Virus record (IMG/VR): IMGVR_UViG_3300042890_000585
Location: 1-62,443 of that record
Reading direction: 5' to 3' (one strand)
DNA: 62,443 bases
From: a virus
Lineage: Duplodnaviria > Caudoviricetes
A program made the position numbers and the translations under genes. Below, piece by piece: positions 38,189 to 46,574 of this stretch. How positions within the stretch are numbered: position 1 is the first letter of the stretch; each line of letters starts with the position of its first letter. The notes below the pieces were generated by a model. The model was not told where the DNA came from. It made no database searches and saw only the letters and a list, made by a program, of their open reading frames with translations.

Positions 38189-39020
38189 CTTTGCTGTTTT
38201 TATCATGGTTCACGGAAGACCAGACAAAATGTGGACATATCACACATTGAGGAACCAAGGCTACACTGGGAAAATATTCCTAGTTGCAGATAACCTAGAC
38301 TCAACACTGGATGGATATAAGTCAAAGTACGGAGATGAACTGATCGTTTTTGACAAACAACACGCTTCTACACTAATGGACTCTGGAGATAACTCTGGTG
38401 ATTTGAGAAGCACTTTGTTTGCTGCAAATACGATATTCGACTTAGCAGGTGAACGGAACATCAAACACTTCTTTATCATGTGCGATGATTACTACGATTT
38501 TTACTATGCTTTCCCTGACACAAAAGGAAAAGTTGTCTCCAAAAATCTAGACAGACTATTCAAGTTAATGGTGGATTTCTATGAATCAACAACAGCAAAA
38601 TCCATTGCTTTCGCACAGACTGGAGACTTTATCGGCGGAATCGATAACGGGAAGGATTCGTACAGATTCTCAAAACGAAAAGCTATGAACACGTTTCTGT
38701 GTAGCACTGAAAGAAGATTCCAGTTTATGGGACGCATGAACGAGGACGTAACAACGTACGTTAATCTTGGTACAAGGGGTGAACTATTCCTGACAATCCC
38801 AGTCATAGCAATGGGGCAACGTGACACTCAACAGGCAAAAAAAGGATTAACGGATCTTTACAAAGACAACGGAACTTATATCAAATCATTTTTCTCCGTG
38901 ATGTATAACCCATCGTGCGTCAAAGCATCGATGATGAATGCAAACCACAAGAGGATTCATCACTCGATCAATTGGAAGGCAACAACTCCAATGATCATCA
39001 GTGAGACATACAAAAAATAA
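38178..39020 (+). CDS. TET-associated / GREB1-like GT-A glycosyltransferase (putative DNA base modification)
   Basis: FIMVHGRP, FFIMCDDY, RKAMNTF, GRMNEDVTTY and TQQxxxGLTDLY. Confidence 0.75.
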   Translation: MESNFAVFIMVHGRPDKMWTYHTLRNQGYTGKIFLVADNLDSTLDGYKSKYGDELIVFDKQHASTLMDSGDNSGDLRSTLFAANTIFDLAGERNIKHFFIMCDDYYDFYYAFPDTKGKVVSKNLDRLFKLMVDFYESTTAKSIAFAQTGDFIGGIDNGKDSYRFSKRKAMNTFLCSTERRFQFMGRMNEDVTTYVNLGTRGELFLTIPVIAMGQRDTQQAKKGLTDLYKDNGTYIKSFFSVMYNPSCVKASMMNANHKRIHHSINWKATTPMIISETYKK

Positions 39021-39024
39021 ACAA

Positions 39025-40320
39025 ATGAAAAACACACCAATCGCAACAACAGCAGAAAAAGCGGCATTATCACTAATCGCAATAGATCCAGAAGTACTAC
39101 CGCACCTTGCATGGTCAGAAGACCTGTTTGCAATATCGCAACATAAACTCATCTTCACCGCACTGGAGCGAGTCTACCAGCGGACTGGAAGCACCAACGC
39201 ACTAGGGGCATTGAGCGACCTAGAGACCACAGGCAAGCTATCCGCTTGTGGTGGTAAGGAGGGAGTGATGGAAGTACTCCAGACAATCTTCATATCGCCC
39301 GGTGCTATGTGCGTGGAAACCGCAGCGGACTATCGCGCCCAACTAATCAAAGCAAAAGGGTATCGGGATGTCATTAGAACGTGGGAGGATAACCATGATG
39401 ACGTTTGCGCTATGAAGGCAGACCTCTCTAGCCTTGCTGAGTCATTCGCTAATGCAATCGTACCAGAGAGCCAATGCAAGGACGTTAAAGCCCATTTAAA
39501 CGACTTTATGGATGATCTGGAGGACAAGACCCCGCTTGAGAATTTTCCAACGGGAATACCCAAGCTAGACAAGCTACTAGGTGGAGGTGCAAGGAGGGGT
39601 GAGATGCTAGTGGTAGGAGCGCAGACCTCTGGAGGTAAATCAATCCTGCTGTACCAAGCTGCACTTCAGGCACTGCTGAACGGAAAATCAGTAACTATAT
39701 TTTCACTAGAGATGCCAGCGAAGGCTATTCTACAACGTATAGCTTCCAATCTTCTGGGTAAGACAATACTGCCATTGCGTGAGATGGAAGGGGTGACAGA
39801 GTGGAGAGGGGTTGCATCAGCAAAGGATATCTCAAGCGCAATCACCCAACTCATGCAGATGAACCTCACGATCCGCGATGATCTTTCCGAGGTTGGAGAA
39901 ATCGTCGCAGAGGCATCGAGACTCGCATCACTTGGCAAGGCAGACCTCATCGTGGTTGACTACTTGCAAATCGTCACCATGCCATCAGCAGATAACCGAG
40001 AACAGGCAGTAAGCGAATTATCACGCAGGTTGAAATTGACTGCACTCAAAACAAAATCCGTGGTTATGACTGCATCACAACTCAACGACGAAGGCGCAGT
40101 ACGCGAGTCCCGCGCAATCGGTCATCACACTGATTTTTTGCTCATCATCTCTCACCCTGACGAGAAGAAAAAAGAAGCGTCATCATTCAAACGCAAAACA
40201 GAAACCCAATCAACTTCGCGTGTACGCCTCGACAAGAATCGGCGCGGTCAACGCGACGTATTCGTTCCTGTAAAAATGCGCGGAGAAATTTCTAGATTTG
40301 AACAAATCGATGAACACTGA
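39025..40320 (+). CDS. dnaB: DnaB-like replicative helicase
   Basis: PTGIPKLD, Walker A GAQTSGGKS, FSLEM, IVVDYLQ, SQLN, RESRAI and KNRRG. Confidence 0.93.
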   Translation: MKNTPIATTAEKAALSLIAIDPEVLPHLAWSEDLFAISQHKLIFTALERVYQRTGSTNALGALSDLETTGKLSACGGKEGVMEVLQTIFISPGAMCVETAADYRAQLIKAKGYRDVIRTWEDNHDDVCAMKADLSSLAESFANAIVPESQCKDVKAHLNDFMDDLEDKTPLENFPTGIPKLDKLLGGGARRGEMLVVGAQTSGGKSILLYQAALQALLNGKSVTIFSLEMPAKAILQRIASNLLGKTILPLREMEGVTEWRGVASAKDISSAITQLMQMNLTIRDDLSEVGEIVAEASRLASLGKADLIVVDYLQIVTMPSADNREQAVSELSRRLKLTALKTKSVVMTASQLNDEGAVRESRAIGHHTDFLLIISHPDEKKKEASSFKRKTETQSTSRVRLDKNRRGQRDVFVPVKMRGEISRFEQIDEH

Positions 40321-40492
40321 TCACCACTTCGACGAGGCTTGCTTTCTACTCGATACCGCAACAGCAATCTGGCAGAGCCGCACCAAATCTAGGTTTGCGG
40401 ACGCTCAGGAAAAATACGAAAAGGCAAAAGAAATCTACAATAAATATTTTGCACACATCGACGAAAATTCTGTTGACGAGTTTCAATTTTGA
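40310..40492 (+). CDS. Hypothetical protein
   Basis: 60 aa overlapping the helicase stop. Confidence 0.5.
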   Translation: MNTDHHFDEACFLLDTATAIWQSRTKSRFADAQEKYEKAKEIYNKYFAHIDENSVDEFQF

Positions 40493-40501
40493 CCCTAGAT
40501 G
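40473..40501 (+). promoter_or_regulatory. Sigma70-like promoter
   Basis: TTGACG-N17-TAGATG upstream of a small-gene cluster. Confidence 0.45.
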
Positions 40502-40535
40502 TAGTGCCGTTAGTTAAATAAATACACCATATCAA

Positions 40536-40715
40536 ATGAAAACAGGAATCAACAAAAACGGAACACTCCAACCACAGATCACAATTACACGTTACAACGG
40601 AACGATTGTTGATCGATATAATGTCTACATCGAATGCGCTAATGACGGAAAGGGTGGAGACATAACTCGCAACGGAGAACCACTAAAAACTTTTGAAGAG
40701 TGGATTAATGCTTAA
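40536..40715 (+). CDS. Small hypothetical protein (59 aa, not in ORF track; LKTFEEW motif)
   Basis: MKTGINKNGTLQPQ...GEPLKTFEEWINA; atcaaATG leader as in the early genes. Confidence 0.65.
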   Translation: MKTGINKNGTLQPQITITRYNGTIVDRYNVYIECANDGKGGDITRNGEPLKTFEEWINA

Positions 40716-40720
40716 CTAAA

Positions 40721-40764
40721 AAACGGAGCGGGTTCAATCCCCGCTCCAAATCCACTATCAAATG
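40721..40764 (+). repeat. Intergenic T-loop-like hairpin repeat, copy 3
   Basis: aaacggagcgggttcaatccccgctccaaa is identical to copy 2. Confidence 0.85.
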
Positions 40765-40989
40765 AAACAACTAAACGTAATCACAGTCGAAGCAGACAAG
40801 TCTCGCAATGATCGAGGCACACGGGACTGGGGAACATTCCGCATCACTTCCAAGTGCTATCTATCCAAAGAAATCATCGAGTCCATTTGCGGGTCTCACG
40901 ATATGTTTGGTCAATCGTTCACGTTCAATGAGACGAAGGACGAAAATGGATATGTATACGAAGGTAGCTACGATTGCTGGAGCGACTAA
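40762..40989 (+). CDS. Hypothetical protein
   Basis: 75 aa after the hairpin repeat. Confidence 0.6.
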   Translation: MKQLNVITVEADKSRNDRGTRDWGTFRITSKCYLSKEIIESICGSHDMFGQSFTFNETKDENGYVYEGSYDCWSD

Positions 40990-41080
40990 CATAACATTAC
41001 ACTTTCTGCAAACAAATGCAGACTTGGTGGCAGCACACCACAAAAACGCTGCAATAATATAAACTAACTATAACAATAAT

Positions 41081-41353
41081 ATGGCAGACCAATACGATAA
41101 CACTAATCGCGGATCACTCTTCAAGAACGACCGCAAAGAACTGGACACTCATCCAGACTACAACGGATCCATCAACATTGAGGGAACTGACTACTGGCTC
41201 AATGGGTGGATCAAGGAGTCCAAGAAGGATGGAAAGAAGTTCTTCAGCTTGTCAGTGAAGCCAAAGGATCAGGCAACAGGTAAAAGCCCTGTAAAAGCCA
41301 AATCTGCTCCATCACGGGCCAAGGATTCGGATGGAGATGATATTCCGTTTTAA
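41081..41353 (+). CDS. Single-stranded DNA-binding protein (small phage type)
   Basis: GSLFKN...PDYNGSI...YWLNGW with acidic C-tail DDIPF. Confidence 0.8.
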   Translation: MADQYDNTNRGSLFKNDRKELDTHPDYNGSINIEGTDYWLNGWIKESKKDGKKFFSLSVKPKDQATGKSPVKAKSAPSRAKDSDGDDIPF

Positions 41354-41387
41354 ACTATGATATTTGCTTTCCTATTTACTCTGCATA

Positions 41388-41482
41388 GGTCAGTCCCGCA
41401 GATAACAGGATTTCCTCGCTAGGTTGGGAACTCCCGATCAGCAGGGGCAAACGGGGGCAGCGCATCCGAAAAAACGCTGACC
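41388..41482 (+). ncRNA. Candidate structured RNA (intergenic)
   Basis: Nested helices ggttggg/cccgatc, gct/agc, tcccg/cgggg, cagcg/cgctg and ggtcag/ctgacc. Confidence 0.35.
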
Positions 41483-41495
41483 ATAAATAAATATT

Positions 41496-41771
41496 ATGAC
41501 AAAAGAAGAATCAAAAAAAGAAAAATTGATTGAACAACTTAGCAATTGCATGGCTAATGAATATGTTGATCAAATGAAGAAAATATTTGCAGAAATATGT
41601 TCTGACAAAAGACTATTAGCGGCAGTATGGACAAGCAATTTGTTAGATGAAGGTGACCAATGTTGGATTGCACGACAAGCAATGGAATTAGCAATCGAAA
41701 CAGCTTGTGCTAATGAAAGTTCAGTATATAACGAACTTCCAGAAATCGCTGATGTTTGGACTTGGACTTAA
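41496..41771 (+). CDS. Hypothetical protein
   Basis: 91-aa ORF. Confidence 0.6.
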   Translation: MTKEESKKEKLIEQLSNCMANEYVDQMKKIFAEICSDKRLLAAVWTSNLLDEGDQCWIARQAMELAIETACANESSVYNELPEIADVWTWT

Positions 41772-41807
41772 CAAATAACCAAACTAACAAACGCTAATTA
41801 ATTTTAA

Positions 41808-41880
41808 GGGATTGTAGCGGCAACTATGTGTGCTGGTTATCATTTGACCCTGTGAGGTAACTACATAAAACCTCGCACCC
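41808..41880 (+). ncRNA. Candidate pseudoknotted structured RNA (intergenic)
   Basis: Three hairpins closed by ggg/ccc; loop ctaca is complementary to upstream tgtag. Confidence 0.35.
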
Positions 41881-41894
41881 CATTTTATAGATAT

Positions 41895-42356
41895 ATGAAC
41901 GAAATTATAACAGCAGACTTGGATGCAAAGCAACTAGCAGACAGGCTAACCGCATTGGAGTTACACTCCACAAGTGAGTTGGCTAGGTTGGAACGTGAGC
42001 GTAACGAATCACAAGAGAAATACGCAACGGAGGCTACCGAGCATATGCTTGCGGTCAATAAGCTGGCCAACGAGCGGGACGAGGCTTTATCTCAAATCGT
42101 GCAAGCTGAATGCAGGGCAGAACGATTCTGCCAAGAACGCGACGAGTTGATTGAGGAAAACAAAAAACTCAATAAAGAAGTTGACGATTTAATAAGACAA
42201 CGACCATTATTGATAGAAGATTTTAAGCGTGAGCGCAACGAAGCGCGGGATGCGTTAATGAAAATTGAAGATTTATTTATTGATGGCACAGATATTTATG
42301 CAGACCGCGAAAAGATGGGGATGATTGCCAGAAACGCATTGGAGGAAACAAAATGA
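41895..42356 (+). CDS. Coiled-coil protein with ERDEA/ERNEA repeats
   Basis: LERERNE, NERDEA, QERDEL and RERNEAR. Confidence 0.7.
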   Translation: MNEIITADLDAKQLADRLTALELHSTSELARLERERNESQEKYATEATEHMLAVNKLANERDEALSQIVQAECRAERFCQERDELIEENKKLNKEVDDLIRQRPLLIEDFKRERNEARDALMKIEDLFIDGTDIYADREKMGMIARNALEETK

Positions 42357-42799
42357 GCGACCGACCAACACCAGAAACGGATGCGGCATTGTATCCAATG
42401 AACGGAGTTGATATTGTTTGGCCCGAATTTGCTCGCAAACTGGAACGCGAGCGGGACGAGGCGAGGAAGGATGCACAAAAATCCAAAGCATATAAAAGGG
42501 TATTGAAGGAGACAAATCTTCGGCAAACCAACCGCATACGCTATTTAGAGGGAGCAACGAATCACGCTTGCGGCACTCCGCTTTCCGTAGCTTTGAAAGA
42601 ACGTGACGAGGCTAGGGATGCTATCGTTGGATGGGAGAACAAATGGAAATGCGCTATTGATATGGCAGCTAGAGCAGAACTTGAACGTGATGAGCTTAAA
42701 TACAGTTTAAAAATTAGGGCTATTAATGAATCTCTAAGGTATTCTAAAGATAGGAATGAAAGCGATAATATAATTAGTAAACTAAACTTTAAATTATGA
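42353..42799 (+). CDS. Coiled-coil protein with TPETDA start and ERDEAR repeats
   Basis: PTPETDAA...FARKLERERDEAR. Confidence 0.7.
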   Translation: MSDRPTPETDAALYPMNGVDIVWPEFARKLERERDEARKDAQKSKAYKRVLKETNLRQTNRIRYLEGATNHACGTPLSVALKERDEARDAIVGWENKWKCAIDMAARAELERDELKYSLKIRAINESLRYSKDRNESDNIISKLNFKL

Positions 42800-43077
42800 A
42801 CGACCCACTATACACGTCAGAGGTCGAACGCCTAAAGGAATGCGACAAGGACTATCGTCCCATTGCTGCACAATTGTCCGTATTCTGCTCCGCTGCCATC
42901 TTTGCACTACGATCAGCCAACAAGGACTTGGAGGACGCACAGGTCAAAGCTGAGATCATTCCTGACCCATTCGCGGCACAGGCAATCGATGATATGTTTT
43001 CCCAGTACCTAGAGTCATTACGGGACTACCCTGAGATAATGGCGATAGCACTCAAATTCATACAGGAGTCACGGTGA
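42796..43077 (+). CDS. Hypothetical protein
   Basis: 93 aa, ATGA-coupled. Confidence 0.6.
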   Translation: MNDPLYTSEVERLKECDKDYRPIAAQLSVFCSAAIFALRSANKDLEDAQVKAEIIPDPFAAQAIDDMFSQYLESLRDYPEIMAIALKFIQESR

Positions 43078-43550
43078 TCATCGACTTAACCGCTGAAGAC
43101 TTCATGGTAGCCGCAACGAAGGGCGCAGTGCGGCAGTTGGTTGCAATCAAGAACAAGCGAATGGGACACGATCATGGTGGACGATCCTACCGCAAGATGA
43201 CTCAACGACTGGCAGATAGCATCCTTGGTGAACTAGGTGAGATTGCTGTATCCAAGTTCACGGGACTAACGCAGATGTCCACTCTTCAAATAACCAAAGC
43301 AGCAGACATAGGCGCATCCATCGAGGTTCGCACAACAGAACACGCAAACGGGCATCTTGTGCTGTACGATTCCTCCAACAACGATTACATCTTTGTGTTC
43401 GTCACAGTCAACGGACTGCAAGCAACCCTGCGGGGATGGATCCACCCCGAACACGGAAAGAAACCAGAGTACTTCGTAGAAGGAGATCCAGACTGCTACT
43501 TCGTTCCACAATCAGCACTAAACCCAATCGAAACCTTACCAATCAAATAG
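43074..43550 (+). CDS. Putative PD-(D/E)xK restriction-endonuclease-fold protein
   Basis: GELGEIAV...ADIG..IEVRT...LRGW...YFVPQxxL; GTGA-coupled start. Confidence 0.6.
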   Translation: MIIDLTAEDFMVAATKGAVRQLVAIKNKRMGHDHGGRSYRKMTQRLADSILGELGEIAVSKFTGLTQMSTLQITKAADIGASIEVRTTEHANGHLVLYDSSNNDYIFVFVTVNGLQATLRGWIHPEHGKKPEYFVEGDPDCYFVPQSALNPIETLPIK

Positions 43551-43597
43551 CCTAGATAAGGTATAATCCCACGCAACTATGTACAACTATACCCGCT

Positions 43598-43762
43598 ATG
43601 AACGACTACTGGAATGACCCGCCAGAACAAGACGAAGTACCAGAGTGCTGCGACAACGTCATGGACGTGGATGATCACGGCAACTGCAAGTGCATCACCT
43701 GCGGCAAAACAATCGAAGCACAACAGGATCCCAACCCAGAAGATTACTTAATCGAACAATGA
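43598..43762 (+). CDS. Small Zn-ribbon protein (54 aa, not in ORF track)
   Basis: MNDYWNDPPE...PECC...CKCITCG; its stop overlaps ATG 43759. Confidence 0.55.
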   Translation: MNDYWNDPPEQDEVPECCDNVMDVDDHGNCKCITCGKTIEAQQDPNPEDYLIEQ

Positions 43763-44157
43763 ACTGGACAACTGAACAACTCAAAGAGAAAGGATATTCC
43801 CTCGCACCAGACGGACACTACTACTATGACTATAAACCTCCATCTCGCAGGTTACTTGACACCCTCACTAAACACGCTCCTAAACGCTCACTGGTCAAAG
43901 TACACAAAGCAAAAGCTACTAGCAAGGACTGCACTGCTAAGTGCAATCCGCTCTACACTCTCTCAATTACAAGATTCTCAACCAAGACCCTCGACGTTGA
44001 TAACCTTGCTGGAGGATGCAAACCTCTCATTGACCAAATTAGATACTCCAAACTCATCCCAGACGATAACCCCGAAAGCGTCGAAATCACGTTCTCGCAA
44101 GTCAAAGTCCGCACTCAAGCAGAGCAACGAACTGAAGTCACAATTACCAAAGCGTAA
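43759..44157 (+). CDS. rusA: RusA-like Holliday junction resolvase, catalytic C-terminal half (frame A)
   Basis: TLSITRF...LDVDNLAGGCKPLIDQI...LIPDD...RTEVTI. Confidence 0.75.
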   Translation: MNWTTEQLKEKGYSLAPDGHYYYDYKPPSRRLLDTLTKHAPKRSLVKVHKAKATSKDCTAKCNPLYTLSITRFSTKTLDVDNLAGGCKPLIDQIRYSKLIPDDNPESVEITFSQVKVRTQAEQRTEVTITKA

Positions 44158-44191
44158 ACCTAAGCAGTCACAATCACCACATGAGCTTTAA
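43826..44191 (+). CDS. Overlapping ORF (frame B) encoding a RusA-like N-terminal segment
   Basis: MTINLHLAGYLTPSLNTLLNAHWSKYTKQK...helix resembles RusA beta1-PSxN-helix; ends overlapping the terS start. Confidence 0.55.
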   Translation: MTINLHLAGYLTPSLNTLLNAHWSKYTKQKLLARTALLSAIRSTLSQLQDSQPRPSTLITLLEDANLSLTKLDTPNSSQTITPKASKSRSRKSKSALKQSNELKSQLPKRKPKQSQSPHEL

Positions 44192-44675
44192 ACCATCCAA
44201 AAAAATGGGTAGACCTCCAGAGTATAACGAGGAACTCGCAGAGGAAATCTGTGAACGACTTTCAATAGGTCAAACACTCTCATCCATCTGTAACCTCGAA
44301 GGTATGCCAAACTATTCCACAGTATGGCGTTGGGAATCTTCCAACGAAAACTTCCGCAACAAATCCGCACACGCAAGAAAAATCGGCACTCACGCACTAG
44401 CAGATGATTGCATTCGCATTGCAGATGATCCAATGCTAGACGCAGCAGAGAAGCGAGTACGCATCGATACTAGACTACGATTACTAGGTAAATGGAACGC
44501 ACGTCAGTACGGAGACAAAATCGAAATAGAGAACACTGGAGCAAAGCCACTAAACGTCACATTTACAATAGGTGATCGCAATGCAGAACCAATAGATCTA
44601 ATCGAGGGGCGAGATCCTCAACCAGCGCAACTGATCGAGCCGCAGATCGAAGCGACACAGGAGGAGGGCTTGTGA
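44181..44675 (+). CDS. terS: Terminase small subunit (Sf6/P22-like HTH)
   Basis: GRPPEYNEELAEEICERL..G.TL..IC....MP...TV.RW; RVRIDTRLRLLGKW..RQYGDK. Confidence 0.85.
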   Translation: MSFKPSKKMGRPPEYNEELAEEICERLSIGQTLSSICNLEGMPNYSTVWRWESSNENFRNKSAHARKIGTHALADDCIRIADDPMLDAAEKRVRIDTRLRLLGKWNARQYGDKIEIENTGAKPLNVTFTIGDRNAEPIDLIEGRDPQPAQLIEPQIEATQEEGL

Positions 44676-44788
44676 TAGCGAACGATTTGCTAATGCATTT
44701 TAACCACAAAATCACTGATGTTGTCGATAATAATCACCATATTGTGTTAACTATTTTCAAATACCCCATATCTAGGGTTAAATCATAA

Positions 44789-44998
44789 ATGGTCAAATTA
44801 TGCCCAAAATGCAGTTCTACGACACACGTTATGGAATGTAGAGACTTCGGCAATCGATTTTCGAGACGCAGGTACTGCGATAACGGAAAGTGCAATCACC
44901 GATACTCAACATATGAAGTGAGCGCACAAGATTACTACAGCCTGAAACAAGTCAACAACATGAAAGCGAAACTAACAGAGATTCTAGAGAACCTATGA
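44789..44998 (+). CDS. Zn-ribbon protein, NrdR-N / Ogr-Delta-like putative transcription regulator
   Basis: CPKC...RRRYCDNGKCNHRYSTYE. Confidence 0.7.
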   Translation: MVKLCPKCSSTTHVMECRDFGNRFSRRRYCDNGKCNHRYSTYEVSAQDYYSLKQVNNMKAKLTEILENL

Positions 44999-45175
44999 AA
45001 GCGCATGAGATAACACCAGAGATGCGTATCATTCACCAACAAAAGCAGGAGATTAGAGAATTACGGCAAATCATCCACGAATTGCAGCATGACGTGAATA
45101 AGCAGAAGTCCTTGATCAACAAGCTGAAGAACAAGGAAAATAACCAATAACTTCCTATAACACCTGTAGTACATA

Positions 45176-46321
45176 ATGAAAACAGAAAAAATGAGATTCC
45201 ATGCACTGGGGCTTCCACACACAGTTACATCCAAAGAGTTTAATGCCTGTGCATACACGCAGAAGGTGGTCAAATTTGGCAAGATGATGACCAACAGGGG
45301 CCATGAAGTCATACATTACGGGCATGAGGACAGTGACCTGCAATGCACGGAACACGTCAGCGTCCTGACCAATGATGACTTCGCTAAGAGCTATGGCAGT
45401 CATGACTGGCGCAAGACGTTCTTCAAGTTCGATACCAATGACCATGCATACCAGACGTTCTATGCCAATGCCATTCGGGAGGTAGGTTTTCGAAAGGAAA
45501 AGAACGACTTTATTCTTCCATTTTGGGGGTCAGGAGTCAGACCAATATGCGATGCCCACCAACATGATATGATCGTAGTTGAGCCGGGGATAGGGTACGC
45601 TGGTGGTCACTGGGCTAAATGGAAGGTTTGGGAGTCATATGCCATCTACCATGCGTTCTGCGGTATGGGTGCAGTTGGTCAGTGCCAGCAAGACAACTAT
45701 TCCGTTGTCATTCCGAACTACTTTGACATCGATGACTTCACCTTCACCGACAAGAAGGAAGATTACTTCTTGTACCTTGGAAGGGTCTATAGCGGCAAGG
45801 GTGTTGATATCGCAATCGATGCAACGCGCAGGGCAGGAGTGAAACTGGTTGTAGCGGGTCAGAAGGAAGCTGGGTATACATTCCCACCTCATGTCGAATA
45901 TGTGGGCTATGCTGACGTTTTAAAGCGAAAGGAACTGATGTCTAAAGCCAAGGCATCCTTCCTTCCTAGCCAGTATGTGGAACCATTCGGTGGAGTACAG
46001 ATTGAGAACCTGCTGTCTGGAACACCAACCATCACGTCTGACTGGGGATCATTCGCTGAGAACAACCTGCATGGGGTCACTGGCTATAGGTGCAGGACGA
46101 TGGGTGACTATGTGGACGCAATCCACAACATCGACAAGATCAAGCCAGCGGACTGCCGTGCATTCGGTGAGAACTTCACGCTTGAACGAGTTGCACCGAG
46201 GTACGAGAAGTATTTCCAAGACGTGCTAGACGTTCACAACGGAGCGGGTTGGTACGCTGAAGGCAACGGAATCGATGCAATGACAATGGCTTACCCATCC
46301 AATCAACAACAATCATTGTGA
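45176..46321 (+). CDS. GT-B (GT4-like) glycosyltransferase
   Basis: YFLYLGRVYSGKG, EPFGGVQIE (ExFG..xE) and GTPTITSDWG. Confidence 0.9.
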   Translation: MKTEKMRFHALGLPHTVTSKEFNACAYTQKVVKFGKMMTNRGHEVIHYGHEDSDLQCTEHVSVLTNDDFAKSYGSHDWRKTFFKFDTNDHAYQTFYANAIREVGFRKEKNDFILPFWGSGVRPICDAHQHDMIVVEPGIGYAGGHWAKWKVWESYAIYHAFCGMGAVGQCQQDNYSVVIPNYFDIDDFTFTDKKEDYFLYLGRVYSGKGVDIAIDATRRAGVKLVVAGQKEAGYTFPPHVEYVGYADVLKRKELMSKAKASFLPSQYVEPFGGVQIENLLSGTPTITSDWGSFAENNLHGVTGYRCRTMGDYVDAIHNIDKIKPADCRAFGENFTLERVAPRYEKYFQDVLDVHNGAGWYAEGNGIDAMTMAYPSNQQQSL

Positions 46322-46347
46322 CAAATACTACCCACTATTTGTCACAA
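46316..46347. repeat. Perfect 12-bp inverted repeat
   Basis: ttgtgacaaata-ctacccac-tatttgtcacaa. Confidence 0.7.
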
Positions 46348-46358
46348 ACAAAAACATT

Positions 46359-46574
46359 ATGAATAATACACCAGAGACAGACAAGAACACATGGAGCGAT
46401 TCATGCGAGGGAGTGATGCATGAAGTAGTGAATGCATCCTTTGGACGCAAGATGGAAATTGAACGGAACAAGTGGAGGGATTGCGCTACCAAGCTAGTGG
46501 AGTCATCAGGATGGCATGACCAATGGCCCCAAGCAGTGGCACACTATCGCAAGCTGAAGGAGGAACTGAAATGA
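46359..46574 (+). CDS. Small TPETD-family protein
   Basis: NTPETDK...FGRKMEIERN, similar to the 42353 protein. Confidence 0.65.
   Translation: MNNTPETDKNTWSDSCEGVMHEVVNASFGRKMEIERNKWRDCATKLVESSGWHDQWPQAVAHYRKLKEELK

Noticed and set aside
46238-46250. aacggagcgggtt matching the 5' arm of the T-loop hairpin
   Set aside because: Lies inside the GT4 CDS (NGAGW) with no complementary arm; likely chance.
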